Translations under genes and position numbers: made by a program
Shown here: piece by piece, positions 10,072-19,220 of the stretch
Position numbering within the stretch: position 1 is the first letter of the stretch
Layout: each line of letters begins with the position of its first letter
Source of the DNA: Minisyncoccota bacterium
GTDB taxonomy: Bacteria; Patescibacteriota; Minisyncoccia; UBA6257; UBA9933
Length of the DNA: 64,000 nt
Direction of reading: 5' to 3'
Assembly (NCBI GenBank): GCA_041653755.1
Contig: JBAZEU010000001.1
Span: forward strand, 129,398-193,397
The notes under the pieces: generated by a model
What the model was told of the DNA's origin: nothing
Seen by the model: only the letters and a program-made list of their open reading frames with translations
Databases searched by the model: none

Positions 10072-11778
10072 ATGCTCTCTGAAGAAATTAGAAAATCTTT
10101 TCTTGAGTTTTTTAAAAAGAAGGGGCACATAGTCGTTCCTTCTTCATCTTTAATTCCAGATGACCCGTCAGTTCTTCTTACTACTGCCGGAATGCAGCAA
10201 TTCAAAAGATATTATACCGGAGAATTAAATCCGTTAAGCGATTTCGGTTCTCAGAGAGTAACTTCAATACAAAAATGTTTTCGAACTTCTGACATTGATG
10301 AAGTTGGTGATGATTCGCATGATACTTTTTTTGAAATGCTGGGTAATTTTTCTTTCGGCCCGGTTGGCCCGGATAATCCTTTAAATAACGGGGAAGACGG
10401 TTATTTTAAAAAATCAGCCATAAATTGGGGTTTTGAATTTTTAAACAAAGAATTAAAAATTGATTCCAAAAGAATAAAAGTTTCGGTTTTCGAAGGCGAT
10501 GACGATGTTGAATTTGATAAAGAATCTTATGAAATCGTAAAGCAACTGGGTTTCTCGGAAGAACAAATCATAAAAGGGAATAGGAACGACAATTTTTGGG
10601 GGCCGACAGGAAATAACGGCCCTTGTGGCCCAACTGTAGAATTTTATGTTGATGACCTTGAGATCTGGAATTTAGTTTTTAACGAATACTTTAAAGACGA
10701 AAACGGTTTAAGAAAATTAAATAATCCGGGCGTTGATACTGGGATGGGGATAGAACGTTTGGCGATGGTTTTACAAAAAGTTCCGACGATTTTTGAAACT
10801 GATTTATTTGAACCGATTATATCTATTTTGTCCGTTGAATTATCGTCTCGCGCTAAAAGAATTATAGCTGATCACTCGCGGGCCATAGCCTTTTTGTTAT
10901 CTGATGGCGTACGCCCTTCAAACAAAGAAGCTGGTTATGTTTTAAGAAGATTAATGAGGAGGGTTATCGTTTATGAAAATAATCTAGATTTGAATATTCA
11001 AGAATTGCTTCGCAGGATTATCGATGAATATAAAAATATTTATCCGGAATTAAATGAGGATGTTGTTATCTCTGAATTTGATATTGAAAGCAAGAAATTT
11101 AAATCAGCCCTAATAAAGGGGGTGGGGGAGCTGAAGAAGCTTGAAACCATTGATGCTCAACAGGCATTTAAGCTTTATGAGAGCTACGGTATTCCTTATG
11201 AAGTAATAAAAGAAATTGGCGCTGAAAAAGCTATTTCTTTAACGCGTGAAGATTTTGACGAAGAATTTAAAAAACATCAGGAAATTTCTAGGGCTGGAGC
11301 TGAAAAGAAATTTGGCGGACATGGAATAATTTCAGAAGAAGACGAAAAGACAAAAGTAAAGTTGCATACTGCGACCCATTTGCTTCATTGGGCGTTGAGA
11401 GAAGTTTTAGGCAAAGAAGTTCAGCAAATGGGGTCGGATATTAATTTAGAACGGCTTCGTTTTGATTTCAGCTTTGATCGCAAACTAACCGCTGAAGAAC
11501 TTAAACAAATCGAGGATTTGGTCAATCAAAAAATTAAAGAAAATTTAGCCGTAACATTCCAGGAAATGCCCAAGGAGGAAGCCGAAAAAACTGGTGCCTT
11601 AGCGTTTTTCAGGCAAAAATATCCAGATATTGTTAAGGTTTATTCTATCGGCGATATAAGTAAAGAATTTTGTGCAGGACCGCACGTAAAAAATACAGGC
11701 GAAATAGGGACTTTTAAAATTTTGAAAGAAGAATCGGTGAGTGCCGGCCTAAGAAGAATAAAAGCTACGATAACATAA
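10072..11778 (+). CDS. alaS: alanine--tRNA ligase (short form lacking C-Ala)
   Basis: AGMQQFK, FFEMLGNFSFG, DTGMGIER; editing motifs HTATH and CAGPH; ends just after the editing domain. Confidence 0.95.
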   Translation: MLSEEIRKSFLEFFKKKGHIVVPSSSLIPDDPSVLLTTAGMQQFKRYYTGELNPLSDFGSQRVTSIQKCFRTSDIDEVGDDSHDTFFEMLGNFSFGPVGPDNPLNNGEDGYFKKSAINWGFEFLNKELKIDSKRIKVSVFEGDDDVEFDKESYEIVKQLGFSEEQIIKGNRNDNFWGPTGNNGPCGPTVEFYVDDLEIWNLVFNEYFKDENGLRKLNNPGVDTGMGIERLAMVLQKVPTIFETDLFEPIISILSVELSSRAKRIIADHSRAIAFLLSDGVRPSNKEAGYVLRRLMRRVIVYENNLDLNIQELLRRIIDEYKNIYPELNEDVVISEFDIESKKFKSALIKGVGELKKLETIDAQQAFKLYESYGIPYEVIKEIGAEKAISLTREDFDEEFKKHQEISRAGAEKKFGGHGIISEEDEKTKVKLHTATHLLHWALREVLGKEVQQMGSDINLERLRFDFSFDRKLTAEELKQIEDLVNQKIKENLAVTFQEMPKEEAEKTGALAFFRQKYPDIVKVYSIGDISKEFCAGPHVKNTGEIGTFKILKEESVSAGLRRIKATIT

Positions 11779-11779
11779 A

Positions 11780-12961
11780 ATGTTTTCATTTCTAAAAAAC
11801 TTTTTCCGGAACAACAAAAAAGACAATTTTTTGATAATGAGTTTTTTGGAGAACAGGACAGAACTAGTTGCTTTAGAAGCTGATTTTATAAACAAAGATT
11901 TAGAAATAAAAACTATTTTTACAAAAGAGATGCCGGACGCTCTAATTGCTAAAGATATCCCGTTAGAAATCATAACCTATTTAAAAAAGATTTTTTCGAG
12001 CGTTTTTTATCCCAAGGCCTATAAAGTGATTTTTGTTTTCGGGCCAGGATTAGCGGTAACTAATTTCGGATCAGTGAGCGTTTTGCGCGACAACATTCAC
12101 GAATTAATAACTGAGGCCAATCTCGAAAATTTAATTTCTAAAGCGACATTCAATTTTTTCGGCCCTCATCGAAAATATGCCAGTAACCGATTCAACGCTT
12201 CAGAACTTGAAACGCTTATTTGCGATGTGAGAATTTATGATGTTTTACTCGATAAGCATCCGAGCATTAATCTTCTGAAGGAAAAAGGCAAGAAATTGGA
12301 ATTTTATCTTAGCGAAACATTTTGCCATCGTGATTTTTTGAAGAAAATAATTTCTCTTTTGCCGGCTCGGGCGAAGCTGGCGTTTATCACCGAGGGGGGA
12401 TCAACGCTGGTTCATTTAGCCGCTCGATTTCTAAAAAAGCCGTTTTTATTCGCTAGAGTCGGTCTTCACGAGACCAATCTTTTTTTGAAAGCTAAAGATG
12501 GGAATATCAGTTATTTTGACAGCTTTGAATGGGGGAAAGACGTCCTTTATGCGTCTTTGGCCAAAGAATTATGCGTTTCTAAAGAAGTTGCTAAATCAAT
12601 TTTAATGCGTTATCTTAAAAATAATACATCGTCTTTATTTGCGAGAAAGCTCGGTCTTTTGGTTAAAAAAGAATTGGCTTTGTTGAATAAAGGCCTCGAG
12701 ATAATGAAATCAAAAGCCAAAATAAAATCTTTAGCTCTTGAGTTGGAACCATTGCTTATTAAAGATTTGAAACTGAAAAATATTTCATCTAAGTCGTTAA
12801 TGTCTATAGATTCTGAAACAATTTTAAACTTTTTTAACTTTCAAACAGACAATGGCCTCGGTTTATACAGCTTAGCTGCTTTATTAGAGTCATATTTCAC
12901 TCCACAAGAAGATTTGATTAATAAATTAGCGAGGCGAAGAATGAGATGGTTAATTCCTTGA
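11780..12961 (+). CDS. hypothetical protein (possibly degenerate FtsA/actin-like fold)
   Basis: 393-aa ORF coupled to alaS; fold guess is weak. Confidence 0.5.
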   Translation: MFSFLKNFFRNNKKDNFLIMSFLENRTELVALEADFINKDLEIKTIFTKEMPDALIAKDIPLEIITYLKKIFSSVFYPKAYKVIFVFGPGLAVTNFGSVSVLRDNIHELITEANLENLISKATFNFFGPHRKYASNRFNASELETLICDVRIYDVLLDKHPSINLLKEKGKKLEFYLSETFCHRDFLKKIISLLPARAKLAFITEGGSTLVHLAARFLKKPFLFARVGLHETNLFLKAKDGNISYFDSFEWGKDVLYASLAKELCVSKEVAKSILMRYLKNNTSSLFARKLGLLVKKELALLNKGLEIMKSKAKIKSLALELEPLLIKDLKLKNISSKSLMSIDSETILNFFNFQTDNGLGLYSLAALLESYFTPQEDLINKLARRRMRWLIP

Positions 12962-14316
12962 ACAACAATCCTCCGAAAAAAATAAAAATGGTTGATATTG
13001 TCAGGCCGCCGAAAAAAGTTGAAACGCAGAAGAAAATAGAACCAAAAAAAGAAGTTGTCGAAGAAGAGATTAACCAGATTTTTTATTCCGAAGAAAAGAA
13101 GATTGGAACACTGAAATATATAAAACCTATAATCCCGAAGAAAGAAGTGCTCCCGAGAAAACCAAGAGAAAGAAGGCCTTTTAAAAAAATTCCTTTTAAG
13201 TTGGTGTTAGCCATTGTCGTTGTTTGTGTCTTAGTCTATTTAGCTTTTTGGATTTTGCCCAAAGCCGATATTAACATTGTTACCAAAAAAGCGTCTTTGG
13301 ATATTAATGAACAAATAGTAGCGACTAAAAATATAAGCGGAGTTAGTATCGGTCCAAAACAAGTTCCAGCCGAAGTTTTTTCTCAAAAAAAGAATGACGT
13401 TTTTTCTTTCCCGGCAACAGGGAAGAAAAACGTTGAAAGAAAAGCCAGCGGCTCAATAACAATTTTTAATACTTTTAGCTCAGATAACCAGCCATTAGTG
13501 GCTAATACCCGTCTTCTTGCGCCAGACGGAAAAGTTTTTCGTCTAGAAAAAAGCATTGTTGTTCCGGGCGCTAAAATCGTTGGAGGCAAAATTGTTTCTT
13601 CAAGCATTCAAACAACTGTTATCGCTGATAAACCGGGGCAGCAATATAATATTGGGCCAACGGCTAATTTTACTATTCCTGGTTTTCAAGGATCAGAAAA
13701 ATACCAAAGTTTCTATGGCAAATCAGACGTTTCTATGAGCGGCGGTTTTATCGGCGAAGTTAAGGTGCCGACAGAAGAAGATATTAAAAAAGCGAAAGAA
13801 AGCTCAGAGAAATCCCTGAAAGAATATCTTGATTCTTTCTTCGCCGTGCAAATTCCTCACGACTTTAAGATTATTGACGGAGCAAGTCAGTTTAAGGTTT
13901 TGAAAGAGGAAGCCGGCAAAGAAGCGGATGATCAGGGGAATTTTCCTCTTGTTATTGAAGCGGAAGCATCCGCTATTGGTTTTAGGGAAAGCGATGTTAT
14001 AGCTATCTTTTCTGATATGGCAAAAGGAAAGCTTGCTGATGGATTTACTCTGAATACTTACGAGATCTCATACGCTAATGCTAATGCCGATTTTGTGAAG
14101 GGGATTCTTAATTTCTCGGCTGATTTCAACGGGATGTTCAACCCGCCGATAGATATAAACGCTTTCAAGCGGCAAATCGTTGGTAAAAATGAGCTTGATC
14201 TTAAAACCTTTATTTTTGCCCAGCCCGACATTGAAAAAGCAACTATTTCTTTCTGGCCGTTCTGGGTTAAAAAAGCCCCGAACAACATAAACAAGGTTAA
14301 TATAACGGTTAAATAG
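12946..14316 (+). CDS. single-TM protein with baseplate-J-like region
   Basis: One TM helix; KASGSITIFN...ADKPGQQYNI segment; alternative start ATG 12988. Confidence 0.6.
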   Translation: MVNSLNNNPPKKIKMVDIVRPPKKVETQKKIEPKKEVVEEEINQIFYSEEKKIGTLKYIKPIIPKKEVLPRKPRERRPFKKIPFKLVLAIVVVCVLVYLAFWILPKADINIVTKKASLDINEQIVATKNISGVSIGPKQVPAEVFSQKKNDVFSFPATGKKNVERKASGSITIFNTFSSDNQPLVANTRLLAPDGKVFRLEKSIVVPGAKIVGGKIVSSSIQTTVIADKPGQQYNIGPTANFTIPGFQGSEKYQSFYGKSDVSMSGGFIGEVKVPTEEDIKKAKESSEKSLKEYLDSFFAVQIPHDFKIIDGASQFKVLKEEAGKEADDQGNFPLVIEAEASAIGFRESDVIAIFSDMAKGKLADGFTLNTYEISYANANADFVKGILNFSADFNGMFNPPIDINAFKRQIVGKNELDLKTFIFAQPDIEKATISFWPFWVKKAPNNINKVNITVK

Positions 14317-14373
14317 GTTTTGCCGAAGGGTTGACTTTTTAGGTGATTTAGATTAATATTATTTTTGGTTTTT

Positions 14374-14574
14374 ATGAAAGAAAAAATTGAAGGAGTCGTT
14401 ATCGAATCATTGCCGGGAACCAATTTTTTGGTTGAGCTAAAAGACGGAAAGAAGATTTTGGCTTATCTTTCCGGTAAGATGAGATTGTATTACATTAAAG
14501 TATTGCCAGGAGATAGAGTGCAGATGGAGTTAAGCCCTGATGGGCAAAGAGGAAGAGTCGTAAAAAGACTTTAA
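14374..14574 (+). CDS. infA: translation initiation factor IF-1
   Basis: [27 protein letters not shown]. Confidence 0.96.
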   Translation: MKEKIEGVVIESLPGTNFLVELKDGKKILAYLSGKMRLYYIKVLPGDRVQMELSPDGQRGRVVKRL

Positions 14575-14649
14575 GGATGGGTTTATGGGTGCAACTTAGA
14601 AAGGTTGCGTAAACTGCAAACTGATTTTTATTTACAAAATATATATAAA

Positions 14650-14766
14650 ATGAAAGTACAGCCATCGGTAAAGAAAATTTGTAAAAATTGTAAAACAGTT
14701 CGACGTCGAGGTCGAATTTTTGTGATTTGCAAAAAGAATCCAAAACATAAACAAAGACAAGGATAA
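14650..14766 (+). CDS. rpmJ: 50S ribosomal protein L36
   Basis: Manual translation [38 protein letters not shown]. Confidence 0.96.
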   Translation: MKVQPSVKKICKNCKTVRRRGRIFVICKKNPKHKQRQG

Positions 14767-14769
14767 CAC

Positions 14770-15156
14770 ATGAGAATTGCAGGGATTAACATCCCAGACC
14801 AAAAAAGAATAGAATTCGCTTTAACCTATATTTACGGCATAGGCGATCATACGTCTGGCCAGATTTTAGAAGCAACAAAGATTGATAAGTCAAAAAGAGC
14901 AAAGGACTTAAGCCCAGAAGAGCTTAATAAAATTACAAAAGAAATCGCTTCAAGAGGAATAAAAATCGAAGGAGAGTTACGGCAAGTTATAAAATCTAAC
15001 ATTACTCGATTAAAAGAAATCAGCTGTTATCGGGGAATAAGACATCAAAGAGGTTTGCCGGTCAGAGGCCAGCGCACCAAGACCAATTCTCGAACAGTGA
15101 GAGGAAACGTCAGAAAAACGGTCGGCAGCGGAAAAAGAAAAGTAGATTTGAAGTAA
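14770..15156 (+). CDS. rpsM: 30S ribosomal protein S13
   Basis: RIAGINIP, ALTYIYGIG, GLPVRGQRTKTN. Confidence 0.97.
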   Translation: MRIAGINIPDQKRIEFALTYIYGIGDHTSGQILEATKIDKSKRAKDLSPEELNKITKEIASRGIKIEGELRQVIKSNITRLKEISCYRGIRHQRGLPVRGQRTKTNSRTVRGNVRKTVGSGKRKVDLK

Positions 15157-15181
15157 AAGTTTAAATAAATTTATTCGTATC

Positions 15182-15634
15182 ATGGGAAAGAAAAAAGTTA
15201 TCAAACAAACCGAAGCAGAGGTTTTAAAAGAAAAAGACGTTGTTGATGCAGCTAGCGTTGCGAAGAAATCAACTAAAGCAGGCAAAAAGATTGAGACCTG
15301 TCGAGTTTATGTTAATGCTTCTTATAACAACACTCTTATGACAATGGTTGATAAAAATGGCGGTGTTTTAGGTTGGGCATCAGCCGGTTCAATGGGTTTT
15401 TCCGGTCCGAAAAAATCAACTCCTTTTGCCGCTTCAAAAGTTGCCGAGGTAATAAACGAAAAAATGAGACAGCTTGAGCCGCAGACGGTGGAAATTATCG
15501 TTAAGGGCATCGGTAGCGGTCGTGATTCCGCAGTCAGATCAATTGCAGGCGGCGGATTTAATATAGTTTCAATCAAAGACGTAACTCCAATTCCACACAA
15601 TGGTCCGAGACCTAGAAAAGTAAGAAGAGTTTAA
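15182..15634 (+). CDS. rpsK: 30S ribosomal protein S11
   Basis: SYNNT, KKSTPFAA, DVTPIPHNG. Confidence 0.97.
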   Translation: MGKKKVIKQTEAEVLKEKDVVDAASVAKKSTKAGKKIETCRVYVNASYNNTLMTMVDKNGGVLGWASAGSMGFSGPKKSTPFAASKVAEVINEKMRQLEPQTVEIIVKGIGSGRDSAVRSIAGGGFNIVSIKDVTPIPHNGPRPRKVRRV

Positions 15635-15642
15635 TTTTTTCA

Positions 15643-16254
15643 ATGATTCATCTAAAAGAGAAAAAAGAAAGATCATTAGGAGCCAAGCTTTTTCTGAAAG
15701 GGGAGCGTTGTAATTCTCCAAAATGCGCTTTAACAAGAAGACCTACTCGTCCAGGAGTGCACGGAAAAAGAAGAAAAATTGTTTCTGAATACGGTCATCA
15801 GCTTTCGGAAAAGCAGAAGATTAAATTTAGCTATGGCTTAAACGAAAGACAGATTGAAACAATTTTCCAAAAGGCTTTGAAAAAACCGGGAGCCATCAAA
15901 GATTTTATTGTTAAAGAGCTGGAAACGCGATTGGACAACGCGGTCTTTAGACTTGGGTTAGCATCTTCAAAAAGAGTAGCCCGGCAAATGGTTTCTCATA
16001 AGCATATTCTTGTGAACGGGAAAAGGGTGTCAGCTCCTTCTTATAAAGTTTTAGTCAATGACGTGATAAGCATCAGGCCCCAATCGAAAGACCTTCCTCT
16101 TTTCAAGGAATTGAAAAATACTTTGAAGAATTATCAGCCGCCAGTTTGGTTAGCGCTGGATCAGGAAAAAATTGAAGGCAAAATTTTAGCTCTTCCTTCG
16201 GAGGTCGATAGCATATTTGATATTAACTTAGTAGTCGATTATTATTCAAAATAA
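15643..16254 (+). CDS. rpsD: 30S ribosomal protein S4
   Basis: LFLKGERC, SEYG.QL.EKQK, LETRLDN, ARQMVSH. Confidence 0.96.
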   Translation: MIHLKEKKERSLGAKLFLKGERCNSPKCALTRRPTRPGVHGKRRKIVSEYGHQLSEKQKIKFSYGLNERQIETIFQKALKKPGAIKDFIVKELETRLDNAVFRLGLASSKRVARQMVSHKHILVNGKRVSAPSYKVLVNDVISIRPQSKDLPLFKELKNTLKNYQPPVWLALDQEKIEGKILALPSEVDSIFDINLVVDYYSK

Positions 16255-16262
16255 TATTATAC

Positions 16263-17030
16263 ATGAATCAGCCAAATATCTTAGAATCAATAAAAATTAA
16301 AACTGTTTCCGAAACCGAGCAAAAAGGAGTTTTTGAGATGGAAGGCCTCTATCGCGGTTATGGGACAACAATGGGAAATGCCTTGCGCAGGATACTTTTG
16401 TCGTCTCTGAAAGGAGCGGCCGTCACGAAAGTAAAAATTAAAGGGGTTAATCATGAGTTTTCTTCCGTTGAAGGAGTTATGGAAGATGTCATTGAAATCG
16501 CTTTAAATCTCAAAAGAATTCGTTTTCGAATGCATACCGATGAGCCTCAGGTTTTATCTTTGAAGGTTAAGGGGGAGAAAGAAGTAAAAGCCGAAGATAT
16601 AGAAACTAACGCTCAAATTGAGGTTATTAACCTTGATAGTCATATTGCTACTTTGACCAGCAAAAGCATGACCTTGGAGATGGAACTGACAATCGAAAAA
16701 GGGTTGGGATATGTGCCGACCGAAGAAAGAAAAACCGAAAAGCTATCAGTTGGAACAATTGCTATTGATGCTATTTTTACGCCGGTAACAAATGTTAATT
16801 TTACGGTTGAAGATATGCGAGTAGGGGAAAGAACTGACTATAACCGTTTGAAACTTCTGATTGATACTGATGGGACTGTTAGTCCGTCAGCCGCTCTTAA
16901 AGAATCAATAGACATTTTAAAGGCTCATCTTGAAAAAATTTCTATTTTTGATGTCAAAGGAGTGAAAGAGCCAAAAGAAGCCAAAAAAGAAACTGTTAAA
17001 AAGGCAAAGAAAGCCGGTAAAAAGAAATAA
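16263..17030 (+). CDS. rpoA: RNA polymerase alpha subunit (N-terminal domain only)
   Basis: GYGTTMGNALRRILLSS, HEFS, KGLGYV, RVGERTDY; only 255 aa. Confidence 0.95.
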   Translation: MNQPNILESIKIKTVSETEQKGVFEMEGLYRGYGTTMGNALRRILLSSLKGAAVTKVKIKGVNHEFSSVEGVMEDVIEIALNLKRIRFRMHTDEPQVLSLKVKGEKEVKAEDIETNAQIEVINLDSHIATLTSKSMTLEMELTIEKGLGYVPTEERKTEKLSVGTIAIDAIFTPVTNVNFTVEDMRVGERTDYNRLKLLIDTDGTVSPSAALKESIDILKAHLEKISIFDVKGVKEPKEAKKETVKKAKKAGKKK

Positions 17031-17036
17031 CGCATC

Positions 17037-17390
17037 ATGAAGCATAAGGTCAGGGGAAGAAAATTTCATCGTAAGAAAGGGCAACGAAATGCCCTTTTGA
17101 AGATCTTGGCTAATAACTTGATTATCAAAGAGAAGATAGAGACCACCAATGCTAAAGCTAAAGAAATAAAACCAATCGTGGAAAAATTGGTTACTTTAGC
17201 CAAAAAGAATAATTTGGGAGCGTTCCGTATTCTTCTTTCGCGTTTGCCGAGAAAAGCCGCTCAAAAAATTTTTTATGATCTTGCTCCTCGCTATAAAGAT
17301 CGCAAGGGCGGATATTTAAGAATAATCAAAGGCACAAAGCCAAGAAGAAAAGATGCTACCATAGTTTCAATAATAGAATTTATAAAATAA
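17037..17390 (+). CDS. rplQ: 50S ribosomal protein L17
   Basis: IETTNAKAKE, RKGGYLRI; follows rpoA. Confidence 0.96.
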   Translation: MKHKVRGRKFHRKKGQRNALLKILANNLIIKEKIETTNAKAKEIKPIVEKLVTLAKKNNLGAFRILLSRLPRKAAQKIFYDLAPRYKDRKGGYLRIIKGTKPRRKDATIVSIIEFIK

Positions 17391-17435
17391 ATTATATATC
17401 GAATAAAATTCGCTATAGAGTTTGTTAAATAAGAA

Positions 17436-17777
17436 ATGGATTACACTATTGACGCTAAAAATAAAAAATTAGGACGGCTCGCTTCAGAGATAGCGATAAT
17501 TTTACAAGGCAAAAAAACTCCGAAATACGAGCCGCGTTTGGATTTGGATTTTAAAGTAACCGTTAAAAACATTGATAAGCTTGATATTAACGCTAAGAAG
17601 TTTGAGACAAAAATTTATAAGCATCACACCGGTTATATCGGCCATTTGAAAGAGAGAACGTTGAAGGTTGCTTTTGAAAAAAGTCCGGCTTGGGTTTTGA
17701 AACACGCTGTTTCCGGAATGCTCCCAAAAAATAGATTACTGGCAAAACGAATTAAAAGATTAGTAATTGAGAATTAA
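17436..17777 (+). CDS. rplM: 50S ribosomal protein L13 (short)
   Basis: IDA..LGRLASEIA..LQGK, HTGYIG, AVSGMLPKN. Confidence 0.94.
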   Translation: MDYTIDAKNKKLGRLASEIAIILQGKKTPKYEPRLDLDFKVTVKNIDKLDINAKKFETKIYKHHTGYIGHLKERTLKVAFEKSPAWVLKHAVSGMLPKNRLLAKRIKRLVIEN

Positions 17778-17778
17778 A

Positions 17779-18276
17779 ATGACAAAGAAAGTTATTGCTA
17801 AAACAAAAGAGGTGAAAGAAGCGAAAAAACTCGCCTTCGACAAGGCTCCCGCCGCCGCTAAGGCTTTGGCAGGCAAGTCGGCAGGCAGAGAAAAATATTT
17901 TGAAGCGGTTGGCCGAAGAAAAACCTCAATTGCGAGGGTCCGGCTTTATACCAAGCAAGGCGATATTGTTGTTAATGATAAAGATTATTCAAAATATTTC
18001 CCGACTTTACGTCTTCAAAAAGCGGTTATCTCACCGATAAAAGAATTGAGCGTAGCCGATAAAGTAGGCGTTACGGCGAAAGTGCAGGGAGGCGGAATAA
18101 ATTCTCAAGCTGGAGCAGTCCGATTGGGCATCTCAAGAGCATTGGTTTTGTACAACGCTAATTTCAGAAAGCCGCTGCGAAAAGTTGGCTATCTGACGCG
18201 GGATGCTCGCGCAGTTGAGCGAAAGAAATACGGCCTTAAAAAGGCCCGACGCGCTCCACAATGGAAAAAGAGATAA
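17779..18276 (+). CDS. rpsI: 30S ribosomal protein S9
   Basis: GRRKTSIARV, GGGINSQAGA, LTRDAR.VERKKYGLKKARRAPQWKKR. Confidence 0.96.
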   Translation: MTKKVIAKTKEVKEAKKLAFDKAPAAAKALAGKSAGREKYFEAVGRRKTSIARVRLYTKQGDIVVNDKDYSKYFPTLRLQKAVISPIKELSVADKVGVTAKVQGGGINSQAGAVRLGISRALVLYNANFRKPLRKVGYLTRDARAVERKKYGLKKARRAPQWKKR

Positions 18277-19187
18277 AAATTTACGACCTTATTATTGTTG
18301 GTGGTGGACCGGCAGGAATTACTGCTGGCATTTATGCTAGCCGGTCAAAATTGAAGATTCTTCTAATCACCAAAGACTTTATTGGTCAGATTGGGAATAG
18401 CGCATTAGTTGAAAATTATCCTGGATTGGAAAAAATTACCGGTCTTGAATTAATGTCTAAATTAAGAAAGCACTTGGAAACTTTTCCGATAGAGACGCGC
18501 AATAACGAAAAAGTTATAAAAATTGACAAAAATAAAGATGTTTTTTGGGTTGAAACTGATAAAGGCAAATATCTTTCGAAAACCATAATTCTTGCCGTAG
18601 GCAGAACTTATAAGCAATTGAACGTTCCGGGAGAAAAAGGATTGCTTGGGAAAGGCGTATCGACTTGTTCGATTTGCGATGCTTATTTCTTTAAAGATAA
18701 AGACGTGGCGGTTGTTGGTGGAGGAAACAGCGGATGTCAGGCGGTTCTCGCGCTTATGCCGTTGGCAAAAAAAATATATTTGTTCAGCAAAGATAATAAG
18801 CTGGTTTGCGAAAAGATTTATCAGGATAGAATCTCAAATTTTGCCAAGCTTGAAGTCCTCTATGATGTTGAAATAAAAGAAGTTTTGGGACAGAACCATG
18901 TTGAAGGAATTAAGGCGGAGCTTAAAAACGGAGAAGAAAAAACTTTTAAAGTAGACGGAATTTTTGTCTCAATAGGATATAAACCTCAAACGGATTTTGT
19001 GAAGGGCTTTGTTAACCTTGATAGTTTAGGCCATATAATCGTGAATCCCCAAACAGCTGAAACATCTCAATCGGGAGTTTTTGCCGCTGGTGACGTTACC
19101 GATGCTTTCCCTAAGCAGGTTGTGATTGCTACTTCTCAAGGAGCAACAGCGGCTATTTCGGCTTCAAAATATCTAGAAAATAGATAG
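18261..19187 (+). CDS. trxB: thioredoxin reductase family protein
   Basis: GGGPAG, CSIC redox motif, VVGGGNS, FAAGDVT. Confidence 0.88.
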   Translation: MEKEIKIYDLIIVGGGPAGITAGIYASRSKLKILLITKDFIGQIGNSALVENYPGLEKITGLELMSKLRKHLETFPIETRNNEKVIKIDKNKDVFWVETDKGKYLSKTIILAVGRTYKQLNVPGEKGLLGKGVSTCSICDAYFFKDKDVAVVGGGNSGCQAVLALMPLAKKIYLFSKDNKLVCEKIYQDRISNFAKLEVLYDVEIKEVLGQNHVEGIKAELKNGEEKTFKVDGIFVSIGYKPQTDFVKGFVNLDSLGHIIVNPQTAETSQSGVFAAGDVTDAFPKQVVIATSQGATAAISASKYLENR

Positions 19188-19220
19188 TATAACGGTTTTT
19201 ACTATATAATAGATTCAGGT

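Noticed and set aside
12946-14316. Prophage suggested by the baseplate-J-like region
   Set aside because: No other phage genes; the gene is membrane-anchored and embedded in a housekeeping operon.
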